Positions 12,650-24,449 of a stretch of 64,000 nt of DNA are shown here, piece by piece (position 1 is the stretch's first letter; each line of letters begins with the position of its first letter). The notes beneath the pieces are model-generated. The model was not told the origin of the DNA and searched no databases. It worked only from the letters and a program-made list of their open reading frames with translations. The position numbers and the translations under genes were made by a program. Origin of the DNA: Gekko japonicus (taxonomy: Eukaryota); the NCBI RefSeq assembly GCF_001447785.1, contig NW_015173705.1, positions 568,706-632,705 on the forward strand. The letters are read 5' to 3'.

Positions 12650-13737
12650 GGGACCCCAAAGCCTCAAGGGCATGACTACCCGGTTCTACTGGTGGGGGGA
12701 CACCTGACACTCTTCAATCATGCATGGTCCACCTCCCAGCCAGACGCGTGGACAATGGACATTATCACTGAAGTATACAAGACAGAATTTAGTGCGATTC
12801 CACCTCAACGTTTCATAGTTTCTCCGACACACAAAAACCCAGTAAAGAGGGACAGAACCACGTTTGCAATAAATCACTTATTGGACATTCAAGCTATAGA
12901 ACCTGTTCCTGCGAACAAGCAAGGGACAAGTGTTTACTCCATCTTTTGCACTGTTCCCAAAAAGAATGGGGACTGGAGGGCAATTCTGGATTTAAAATTT
13001 TTAAACAAATATGTCAAACTCAAACACTTTCGCATGGAAACATTCAGATCCATTGTAGAATCCTTACTACCCAGGGAGTTCCTTGCCTCCATAGACCCGA
13101 CGGAGGCGTACATGCACATTCCATTTTTTGTGCATCACATCTCAGGGAAGGCCTACCTAAACAAGCAAGGGGGTTCCCAGTCCTCAGCCTTACACAGGGA
13201 AGTGACTCAATTGTTGACATGGGCAGAATCCAACCTAGCATTGATCAAAGCAGAGCATGTGAAAGGGACAGTCAACATGCAAGCGGATTGGCTGAGTTGT
13301 CAGACGGTCCAGGAGAACGAATGGTCCCTAAACAAGAAAGTATTTCAACTCATAGCATCAACTCTGGGATCCCCTCTGATGGATCTATTTGCCTCCAGCC
13401 AACACCCAAACTGGACAGATTTGACACAAGGTACTTCCACCATCAAGCGGAGGGCATGGATGCTCTGCTGTCCCCATGGCCCGAGGGTCTTCTTTATGCC
13501 TTTCCTCCGCTTCCTGTTTTTCCAAAGCTCCTAAGGAGGATCAGGGTCTTAGGCAAAAATCATAGTGGTAGCACCGTACTGGCCATGCCGTCCATGGTTC
13601 TCGTCTCTGCAGGAGATGGTGGTGTCACCTCCTCTGCACCTTCCAGTGTCAGCAGACATGCTAGTTCAAGGCCCAATTTGGCACCCCAGACCAGGGTAGT
13701 TTTAACTGCATGGAAGTTGAAAGGGACAAGTTTTTAA
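12650..13737 (+). pseudogene. DIRS pol remnant: RT N-terminal part, RNase H C-terminal part, methyltransferase-like domain
   Basis: VYSIFCTVPKKNGDWRAILDLKFLNKYV...FRMET...SIDPTEAYMHIP; AYLNKQGG...HVKGTVNMQADWLS; MDLFAS...LLYAFPP. Confidence 0.88.
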
Positions 13738-14760
13738 AACTTGGCTATAAAGAGCCAGTAATCGAGACAATCATGGCATCTAGACGGCCGTCTACCTCCA
13801 GAATTTATAACTCCACCTGGAAGGCCTTTGTCCGATGGGCCAGAAGAAAGAAAGTTGACCCCTTACAATCAAAAATTGGGTCTATCCTGGAATTTCTACA
13901 GGACAGCATAGCAAGCAGTCTCAGAGCAGCAACTCTTAAGAGACAGACAGTGGCCCTAGCTTCGGTTCTTCCCTGTTACAACGGCCTTCCCATTTCTCAA
14001 CATCCTCACATTCACTGGTTCTTCAGAAGGGCCTCACTTAAGGATCCTCCACAGAAACATAGGTTCCCAACTTGGAGGCTTAATACTGTCCTTACAGCCC
14101 TCACAAAGGTACCTTTTGAACCTTTAAAAGACATTCCCCTAACATTTTTTAAGAATGAAGACCTTGTTCTTGGTAGCCATTACTTCAGCCAGAAGGATTT
14201 TGGAGCTGGGTGCACTATCTATTCAGCCAGACTTTTGTGTTTTTCACAAGGACAAGGTAGTACTGAGAACAGACCCTACCTTTTGCCCAAAGGTCAATAC
14301 TACATTTCACAGCTCCGAAGAGATCCACTTACCATCTTTTTCTCCAAACCCTGCTCATCCAAAGGAAAAATTGTGGCATACTCTGGATGTGAGAAGAGCT
14401 CTCAAATGCTATATCTTCAGAACGGCACCCTTCAGATGAACAGAGGCCATGTTCATTAACATTTCCCCTCCTCATACCAGGGGGAAGATGTCTACTTCTG
14501 CCATAAGTACCACCATTCGTTCTTGCATAATGGAAGCCTACAAAAGTATGAACCAGCATGTACCTGAGGGTATCAGAGTGCATTCCCTGCACAGCGCGGC
14601 AACCAATGCGGCCTTTGCCAATAGGGCATCGGTGGAAGAAGTATGCAGGGCTGCCATGTGGTCTTCTTTGTCTACATTCATCAAACACTATAAAATCAAT
14701 GTTTAGGACTCTGCCAATGCGGCATTTGGAAGGAGAGTGCTACAGTCTGTTCTATCTCCT
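13710..14760 (+). pseudogene. DIRS tyrosine recombinase remnant (frameshifted)
   Basis: SRRPSTSRIYNSTWKAFVRW; LVAITSARRILEL; HSLHSAATNAA...MWSSLSTFIKHY. Confidence 0.9.
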
Positions 14761-15874
14761 GATGACGACCTCCCTCCCCAAAATTAGGGACACTGCTCTG
14801 GGAGGTCCCACAAGATGGCATTCACCTCAGAGGGAGAACAACCATTGGTTACTTACTGTGAAGGGTTCTTCTCCACTGAGACTTGGAGGACATCTTGGCC
14901 CTCCTGGGTCATCATTTCCTATTGCTACTCTGTCTATTCTTCACCTTTACAAAAAAAACCCTGAGACAGAGAGAAGTTAGTGAGAAAGACAGGGTTTTTT
15001 TTTAATTCACCTATTCCTTCCTGTTTGTTATGCTGTGATTTCATCTTCCCCTTGTTCTTCGCATGTTATTCAAGTTCTTTGTTTTTTAGAATGGCTGACT
15101 TAGTATATTGCTTTCGGAGCACCAGAACTGAGCCTAGAGTGACTCCCACCACAGGAAACAGGAAGTTGTTGAATTTAGTCCTGCCTTCCTAAGTGATGGA
15201 TGGGAATCTCCCACAAGATGTCCTCCAAGCCCCAGAGGAACCAATTGTCGTTCCCAGTCCGCCCCTGCTCACATGTAACCATATTAGTTCAGGTGCTGCC
15301 TCCAGTGGGGCAAACCATGGCTCCCTGAGGCCAGGAAAATAGTGTGGAGAAGGTCTAAGCCCCTTCTCAACATGGTCTCTATCTATTAGTCCTTGCATGC
15401 TTGAGAGCTCTCAAAGCACATCTGCCACCCAGCCCAGAAGTGCACCTGGGGAAAAATGTAACATGTAGTTAGACCCACTGTGTTGAAACGGAGGCTGGTG
15501 TCTACAGAAAGGGGTGAATGAAGCCCCTTGTTCTCTTTTTTTACTGAGCTACCACAAAGTTCCCAGAATCTGCTGTAGTCTTTCTGTTCTCCTCCCAAGT
15601 CCCCCTTTGAAAGTGTAGCATTTTGAATGTTACATCCCCTGAAAATCTGCAGAAGGCTTTATTTTTGTTAGCAAGCTTGAAGTTTTGTATCTGGTGATGT
15701 TATTCAAATTGAGTGTTTTCACATCACATGAAATCTGAATAGAAGGAAAGTATCACCACTTTTGCCACAAACATGGTTGTAGGAATTAACCTCAATAGAA
15801 ATAGTTACATCAGTATTCAGGCTCAACAGAGAAGTGATTCACAAGTGCCCAGCAAAAAAATAATGAAAACTTGC

Positions 15875-15952
15875 CTGTGGTTGGAAGTCCACTGGTTCAA
15901 GGCCACGACACTCAAACTCAACTATTGTCTTAAAGGTCTCATTGTCTTCTGC
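15875..15952 (-). CDS. CZIB: CZIB exon 6 (followed by a GC donor)
   Basis: ttttag| AEDNETFKTIVEFECRGLEPVDFQPQ |gcaagt; 78 bp. Confidence 0.93.
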
Positions 15953-17155
15953 CTAAAATTAAGTCCAAAACAGCTTTCAAGCTGGAGGAATAAATACTTG
16001 CAGGAATACATGAAAACCTCATTTTCCAAATATCACATCCCATAAAAACACAAAATACTAACAGCAACATCTCTAACTATTCACTGCTGTTATATGTTTC
16101 CAGGTCTAGTTCCCATCTTTCAGGAAAGCAGTAAACAATCAAAGAGAGTGATTGTTTCAGAAAAGGATGCTGGCCTGGTTACACCGGATCACTGTACATC
16201 AACTGCCATCTATATTGATCTGCACTTTACTTGTATACTGTTTTATGTGGAATTTTATGGTACTGCATTTACACACTGTGTTTTATTGTATTTTAACTTG
16301 TTGTATGCCGCCTTGAGCCTGCCTGTGTCGGAAAGGCGGAATATAAATCGAAAATAATAATAAATAAGTAAATAAAAGCAGTGAACAATCCATGAGTAAC
16401 TCCAAGAGAGAAGAAAATATACATTGTACTTCAGTCATTAAGGCCTGGTTACATCACAGCTGATAGCCGAGTAATCAGTGGTACAAAAGCTCTTGAATTT
16501 AGAGCATAACATGTAAAGGACAAGCCAATTAAAATAATAAGTTGCTCTCTTTGTCTCAAGATTTAAAAATACTTTCAGAATGTATCATCTCAGTTATCTG
16601 GAGTTCAGTATTTTCAAATAATTTATACAGCAGACTCACAACATTGATCTTCCTAAAAGACATTCTTTATACAGAAAAGAGGCTGTATAGATGCAACGTA
16701 TGGCAATAAAAGGTATGATTGACTGACTGACTGACTAACATGCAACCACCACAGGGTCATACTGGATATGGAAAATAAGAGCATATCCCAAACTCTGTTT
16801 TCTGCGTGCAGTTATCTGCGCAAATGGAATCCTGCAGGCACAATGGTGACAGGGCACAGACATGCAATCTGGTAAAACAGACTGGTTATCTCCATCTTAA
16901 TGTAAAGATGAATGGTGCATCCACACTGAAATGCAGTTGCTCCTGCATGCCTACATCAAAGTACTACATGCAGAACTGGGATTTAATAAATTTTAATTTA
17001 AACACCTTCCCTTAAGTGGATTATGTAACTGGCTGTTCTGCCTTTAATCAAAAAGAGCAGGTGCATTTAGAACCCTTCCATGGCTGGGTATCCTTGGATG
17101 AAGCACGCAATAAGTTGTCATTTACTCTGTAATATGGCAAAGAACATGAACTTAC

Positions 17156-17187
17156 ATTGTAAGGCTTTATGGTGTGACTTAAGATAT
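17156..17187 (-). CDS. CZIB: CZIB exon 5
   Basis: ctttcag| (D)ILSHTIKPYN |gtaagt; 32 bp. Confidence 0.93.
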
Positions 17188-19008
17188 CTGAAAGAAAAGA
17201 AGAAAAAATATAGCAAAGGAGGGAAATGATCGCCAGTGTGGTGTACTGGTTACAGTGCCAACCCAGATTCAAATTTCCACTCAGCCATCAACCAGGCTGG
17301 GTGCCCTGGATTAGGCTGAGAGAGAAAGAGGGACTGGGATCTATCTCATGGGGCTGACGCAAGGACAAAATGGAGGAGGGGGAAACCATGTGTGCTACTC
17401 TGGTGAAGTAAAAATGCAAGAGCTAAATGATAGGTTTCAACATGTCTATAAATGAATACAGAATGAAGAAGATGGTAACTCACAAAGCTGAATCCAATAC
17501 TTAATTTTCAATGGATTCCATGTCAATTATTTCACTGGGAGTTAATCAATTTTAATTTATACACCCTCCTATAAGTGGATTATGTAATGGGTTGTTCTGA
17601 ATTTAATCAAGATGAGCAAGATAGTATCAAGAAACACGTAAATAATTATTAAAACATGTTGGAGGGAAAATGTTCACTGTAGTAATTCATACAGTTTAAA
17701 TGGAAAAAAATGACTTGGATTCCACCTCCCTCTGCTGCAGCCAAAACGTCAGCCCAAATGCTGCTCCTGAGGGACCCCCCCCCCAAGAGCTTAGAGGTGA
17801 GAGCTGAATGCTTGCTGTGGGAGAGGACAACAGGCAAAACCCTATCCCCTTCTGCCTATGGAAACATTAGATGGGATCTAAGAAAAAAGTCATTAAAATA
17901 TACATACAAAAATTAAAACATTCCTTTTTTAGGGCTTTTTTTTTCCAAAAAGGGAAAACCTCTATGAAACCAAAACACGCCTCCAAACCAACATTGAATG
18001 CTATTACTTCAAACATGCATTTCTGACTGTTTCTTGGGTCTCAAGTTCATGAGCTGTTTATTCAGTGACTGTTCAATGTTCCTTCAATGCAGGCCTTTTG
18101 CTATTGGTACTGTGAGCATCTTAGCTTCACTGCTGCACAGTGGGCTGCTCAACTTATATTCTTGTCTGGTAGAAATAGAAATTTTAGCTTGGCACATTAT
18201 AAAAGCATTCATGGTTGAAAATGCCATAAACTAGTTATGACTGCTGCCTGAATCTGATCTACAGATGTGTCCTTAATCAGGGGAATGGATCTTACCTGCT
18301 CACAGAAGGCACTTCTGCCAGAACAGAGCAACTGTCTCCTGTTACAGTCTGCCCCCCCACCCCACATTATGTACTCCTGGGGATTGGTGGACTGCTGAGA
18401 ATAATGTGGGCGATGGAGGGGGAGTTTCCAGTATGTAGGAGATGAGCAAAAATCCCCCTTTCAGCAAATGTAAAAGTTGTGTGGTGTATCTCACTTGTCC
18501 TTAATCGTGATTCAGTTTTATTTATGGTGTGATGCTTTAATAGATAATATTGCAATTCAGATTAAGATAAAAAATAATGACAGGATCTCACCTGGGAAGC
18601 TGAAAAACAAGCGTACCCTACTTTTGCATAAGAGGCAGTGAGCACAAAGTATTCAGTCCATATAAATAAAATGTATGCTTGAGAAGGAATTGCAGGTATC
18701 CCACTGTTGTTGCTGCAGCACAGACAAACTCCATCCAAATTTCTTAACCATGAACAAAATGAATACATTTTATTCCCAGCATATGATTATTCAGAAGATA
18801 TGGTAATCCCCGACTATCCCCAATTATGGCTTCTGATTATATTTTCTTAGAATACACCCTTTCATTTACAAACCACCTACATGTAACATGGCCTCCATTA
18901 ACAAAACCAGAAAAATATGCCCCAAGCTGAAAGGCAATAGTAAAAATTAAGGTTGGCAGACTTAACTCTTTATGTTCTGTGGGATGGAAGTACAGAAATT
19001 TTACCTAC

Positions 19009-19090
19009 CTATAGAGTTTTCTCTGGAGCACAGCTTGCATTTCTGCACCATTGTGGCACTCCCTCTGCCTCCTTTGAGAGGGTGACTGTC
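19009..19090 (-). CDS. CZIB: CZIB exon 4 (second CxxC)
   Basis: tttag| DSHPLKGGRGSATMVQKCKLCSRENSI + G |gtaggt; 82 bp. Confidence 0.95.
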
Positions 19091-20680
19091 CTAAACATTT
19101 CCAAAGGAGTCATTAAGGTCAAAATTGTACCGTTCTACAGGAAAAGCTACAGCTTTCCCCCCAACAGCTAACACTAATGTAATAATCAGATTGCTATTGT
19201 AAAAGTAGACCCCTTTTCTTTGGGACTCAGACTGTTGGATTTGTATATCAACAATTTTCATCAAATAAATGAGTAAAACTATGGTGAGAACAGACCTTTA
19301 GTATATTTCTTATTCTTTTTTCAAAAATCCTGTGTGTTCAGACCTTTCAAAATACAGCAGTCAAATACAGAATATAGGACTCTGTATTTGACTGTAACAC
19401 CGATATTAATTGTGACAGACTTGTGAACGGTTGTTATATAAACAAGCCAAGAAATTATTGCTCTGAAAAAGCCACAGCACTGTCTAAAAATGATGGGCAT
19501 TGGGGGAAAAGGTAGCCTTGTTCATACTAAGCTACTGAATATCAGCACATGCTGGAAAACGCATAACTGCAGATCCTTGTAGCCAGCAAGTAGACCTGAA
19601 TATTAAGTGTCTGTTTAGGCAATGGGTGGCTAATCCATAAGGGGCATGAGCAGTGGGAACCGGTAGCATCTGCTCCTTTCAAAGACAAGTAGAACTCACA
19701 CTCCTACCAGCCTCTGCTGTATTACACTGCATAGCTTCCTGTTGCACAGTGCAGACAAAGAAACAAAAACCATGCCAAGGGGGGGTTCTGCAGCAAACAC
19801 TAAGGCAACATTGCATCACTGGCCCTAATCTATCCTACTACCCTCTCCAAGGAACTCCACAGCCTTACTGGACTCATCTGATAGGGAGAAACAGAGCTAG
19901 GTGTCATGGCATCTCATTCCAAATTCCATGCATCCAATCAGACTTTTCAGAATGCTAAAAACGTAATTTCTAAATGGCACACCCATGTATTATTATTATC
20001 TCTCCTTATATATAATCCTGTTTTGGGGTGAATGTTCCACACGCTCCCACAGGCTTTGGCTCCCTCAACTGCCACTCGGAAGGTCTGCCAATCCCCTGGC
20101 TACATTGCCTCGCTGCACTGTCTCAGTCCCGCCTACAGAGCCGGCGGCCAGCGTCTCAGCCAGCGGCCAGCGTCTCAGCCTCAGTCTAAACGGAACCAGC
20201 AAAGGGGATGGATGCTCCCCTGGGTGGGGGCTTATGTAAGGAGAGATTCTCTTAGTGTATTGGCCGTTTCCAGCTCTCCCATTGGCTGTGCAGTGTGGTT
20301 CCATCAGCCATTGGGCTGTTAGCTGCCACTCAAGAGTACTCGTGTACCATTGGCCAAGTGCTGGGTCTGCTCCTCTTCCCCGCCCACTTTCACTTCTGCC
20401 CCTGTTCCCTGTCAGATTTACTGGCAGACAGCTCTCTCTACTAACTTTCCCCTCAGTGGCTGTTGATAGGCAACCAAGCTTGTTTCTGTCAGTAAAAAGA
20501 CAAAGGACTTTCAGCATAACCCCCTCCCTCGCCCACTGCCAGCCTGGCCACTTTCCTGTCAGAATAAACTGAAAACGGCTCTTTCCTGCTTGGCTCCACC
20601 ATGGCTGTCTGGCTAATGAGGTGGGCCAGCGACCATCAAACCATTCTCTTCAACCCCCTGCTTTTTGGCTGACTTTCCCC

Positions 20681-21770
20681 TAGGGTTGCCAATCTCCAGG
20701 TGGGACCTGGAGATCTCCCGCTGTTACAATTGATCTTCAGATGACAGAGATCAGTTCCTCTGGAGAAAATGGCTGCTTTGGAGGGTAGACCCTATGGCAT
20801 TATCCCCTGCTGAGCCCTTCCATCCCCTCCCAAATGCTGCCCTCCACAGGATCCACCCCCCAAATCTCCAGGTATTTCCATAATCAGAGGTGGCAACTGT
20901 ACTTTCTCCTCAGTGCCTGTTGCTAGGCAACCAAGCTTGGTTCCGTAAAAGGCCCTTTCCACACCTAAGTTGGCCTTTGGGAGAAAACTCATTGGGGCCA
21001 GTTCTGATAGGGTTGCCAACTCTAGATGGGAAATTTGTGAAAATTTGAGGGATGGAGCCTGGTGAGGCTTGAGGAGGGGTGGGACCTCAGACAGGTACAA
21101 TGCCATAGACTCCACCCTCACAACCAGCCATTCCCTCCTAGGGAACCACTGTTGCCAATCTCAGGAGAGGGGTGGAAATCAGTGTTCCCTCTAAGCTGAG
21201 TTAGTGTGAGCTAGCTCACAGTTTTTTAGCCTCTGGCTCACCCATTTCTGTCTCAGCTCAGGAAGGAGGGCTCCAGAGCAAACTGATTTATGCAGTATCC
21301 AAATGCCTCGCTCACAACTTTAATGCCAGCGGCTCACAAAGTAGAATTTTTGCTCACAAGACTCCGCAGCTTAGAGGGAACATTGGTGGAAATCACTCAG
21401 AATTACAACTGATCACGAGGAGGGAGAGGGGAGGAGATGCAAAGCTGAAATCAGAGGGGCAGATAATGGCAGGTTAATGCTTGGCTGGGAAGGAGATAGG
21501 GTTGCCAACTCCAGGTTGGGAAATTCATGGAGATTTATGGGGTGGAGCCTGGAGAGGGTGAGGTTTGAGGAGGGGTGGGACCTCAGACAGGTACAATGCC
21601 ATAGACCCCACCCTCCGAACCAGCCATTTCTTCCTGGGTAACAATTGTTGCCAATCTCCAGGTAAGGGCTGGAGATCACTGAAAATTACAACTGCTCTTC
21701 AGGTAGCAGAGATCAGTTCCTCTGGAGAAAATGGTGGACTCTGTGTCATTACACCCTGCTGAGGTCACCA
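20681..21770. repeat. Cluster of TAGGGTTGCCA-ended short interspersed elements in both orientations
   Basis: Recurring tagggttgccaa / gagatcagttcctctggagaaaatgg / tacaatgccatagac motifs at ~20681, 21008 and 21497; also at ~32434, ~33340 and ~44945. Confidence 0.75.
21180..21385 (+). mobile_element. 206-bp hAT-type MITE
   Basis: TIRs CAGTGTTCCCTCTAAGCTG / CAGCTTAGAGGGAACATTG; perfect 8-bp TSD gtggaaat. Confidence 0.92.
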
Positions 21771-22498
21771 CAGCACATTGATGCTGAGTGCCATGGCCTT
21801 GGCACTCTCCCAGAGGCCTCTTTCTAGACTTCGATGTATTTATTTCCACAACGGACCTTATTCCTAGTTGTTGTTGTTATTATTAACAACAACAACAACA
21901 ACAACAGCATTTATGAATTGCCAAATCCCTGCCACAGCAGGGCTCTGGGCAATGTACAGTCTCCAAAAAACAGAAACAAGATAAAACCAACTGAAACATT
22001 AATAAAACATTCCAACAATCAGATGGTGAATAGTCAGTCCCAATTCCAACTGCCAGCTACTTTGTGGGCAGGGGGGGGAAGAGGGCGAGGTAGATGTAAA
22101 TAACAGAGGAGGGTGCCAGCCAAGATGGAGCCTGGCGGAATATCTAATGCTAAAATGCCATCTATTTCCCTGAAAAATAAATCCAGATAGTGGCCTAATG
22201 AGGCAGCAAAACCACCAACATGTGTGAGCTATTCATAAAGTGACAGCCCTCCAGGGTAAATGGTTGGCCACTGTGTGAAACAGGGTAGTGGACTGGATGG
22301 ACCACTGGTCTGAACCCACAGAAGCTCTCCATCTTATGACAACACTTATCAGTCACCCAAGTATTAAATGTAATCCATATAAACAACTCTAAGCACCCCC
22401 AAACAGCTTCTCAAATTCTTATAATACCTGAACCAAGTCCATCCCTATACTGTGTGTATTACCGTTTAGCATGCATGTGTTATAGTTTGGAGACCTAC

Positions 22499-22555
22499 CA
22501 TTAATCGTAAATATTGCCATTTTTCTGAAACCTCACCACAGTTCCCACATTTCAG
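22499..22555 (-). CDS. CZIB: CZIB exon 3 (first CxxC)
   Basis: ttttcag| LKCGNCGEVSEKWQYLRLM |gtagg; 57 bp, phase 0-0. Confidence 0.95.
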
Positions 22556-23497
22556 CTGAAAAAGGAAAACCAAACACAAACTCAAAATGCATTGAAAAAT
22601 CCAACAGCAGAATGGTACCACAGGGGAAAAAAGATTAATGTAAAATAAATGGATGGATGTGAACTGCAAGGGAGTCCTAATGCATGCCCAGTGAATGAAA
22701 AACTCAGAACAATTCAAATCTGAAATATATCATCACAGATTATTTCCAAAGATAGAGCAAGAGTAAAGGCTAGGGCTTGATCCCAAAGCTTTTTCCCTAG
22801 GGGTTAAATCCCACCTCCACCTTCATTCCCACTGGTCTTCCTCTCCAGCTGAAGTCCCTGGCGCAACATCCCATGCGGATTCCAATGAACCCCCAGCCCT
22901 CAGGACTCTTTCCAGGAGGCTGCAACAGGAAGGGAGAGCCAGCAAAGCTCTGTTGCACAGGCAGACTTGCACTTGTATCATATGCCAACAAGGTTCCTAG
23001 AGTCAGCAGTATAAAGGGATGTATGCTGTCATGACAGCCAAAGAACAGGCAATTCCTTTTCCACTGCTGCCCATAGGAATCTTATGTAACTGCATTCTTT
23101 GGAAGTACGGCAGTCCATAATGACCCAAACCTATTACCATAAATACATGCAATCTGAATAATCATGACCACCTTGTTTATTAAATGACTGTCTCATTGAA
23201 ACATTGGGGGGAAGAGAGACTTGAAAGCAGAATGGGAGGGGGCTTTATTCATTTGCACGTAATTTGTATGCTGATGTTAACTTGCTTCTTGTATTGTAGT
23301 GGGGATAAACTTTTAAAGACAAACAAATAAACAAACAACCAGCAAGGTGGCAAAGAAAAGTCAGGCACCTGGAGCAGTTTTATATAAAATGTTAAACATT
23401 TTCTGTTCTCAGACTTTTTTTTTGTAATTTCCTCATCCGATTAGATGGGTGGAGTCTTTTCTGGGGTGGCACCATGTTTGTGCCACAACCTCCCCAG

Positions 23498-23703
23498 CAA
23501 TGCTCCCTCTAAGCTGCGAAGTCTTGTGAGCAAAAAATCTACTTTTTGAGCTGCTGGCATTAAAATGGTGAGAGAGTGATTTAGCTACTGCATAAATTAG
23601 TCTGCTCTGGAGCCATCCTTCCTGAGCTAAGACAAAAATGTGTGAGCCGGAGGCTAAGAAACTGTGAGCCAGCTCACACTAACTCAGTTTAGAGGGAACG
23701 CTG
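23498..23703 (-). mobile_element. 206-bp hAT-type MITE, same family, opposite orientation
   Basis: Same TIRs; perfect 8-bp TSD ctccccag; internal sequence is the reverse complement of 21180-21385. Confidence 0.92.
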
Positions 23704-24365
23704 CTCCCCAGGAATGATTCTTTGCAGTTACAACTGTTTTCTTTCAGATAATCACAGCATTTTAAATATCTGATTTGATTTTAGCACTCCAACCTTTAAA
23801 AAAGTAACAGTGCTCCTATCTGTGATTTCATCACGAAGTTTGATGCTGTTTTCTTATGCTTTTCTTTCTTACTGTTTTACCCGTTCATGTCCCCTCATTT
23901 CTGAATAGCCAATAGCAAAATATCTCACTACACTTCTGCAACTTTATGTTAATATAGCAGTTAAAATCCTAAAGATTAGAGTGTGAAGCCTGTTCACCTG
24001 GAAACGATACTATGTACTTTAGTGATCCAAGAATCCATACATTTGTAAGCAAAGAAAGACTGAAGCCCTCCCATAAAGGCTTTCCGATTTGGGAACCCTG
24101 ATCGTAAATCTCAAATATCAGTTGAGTTCACTTGGTGGGGAAGAGGAAGGTACTTTGCACCCGCCTTATTATTGCTAAACTCATAGGCCAGGAACAAAAG
24201 CCAAGAAACTGTGCCGACAGACTGCTACTTTATTGTTTTACACTGGAGGGCGGGGAACATCCTGCACCGAGGAACAGGGCACCATCACTATAATTTGCTA
24301 CACCTTCGTTGACAATTCACCACGTGCTTTGTGTAAATACGGTATGTAAAGTATTCCACACATAC

Positions 24366-24449
24366 CTTCAGATACCAGCGAAAGTCCTCCCCCACTGGTC
24401 TGACATTGGTGATATTTTCTAAGGTGGCTTTGAACTGCAGCCCAATCTT
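24366..24449 (-). CDS. CZIB: CZIB exon 2
   Basis: tttgcag| KIGLQFKATLENITNVRPVGEDFRWYLK |gtatg; 84 bp. Confidence 0.95.

Larger units (their letters stand above)
10628..15243 (+). mobile_element. DIRS1-type tyrosine-recombinase retrotransposon, decayed, in CZIB intron 6 (antisense to CZIB)
   Basis: 104-bp inverted terminal repeats (10645-10748 / 15124-15227), an internal complementary region ~14807-14898, and gag-like, RT/RNaseH/MT and YR remnants in DIRS order. Confidence 0.93.
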
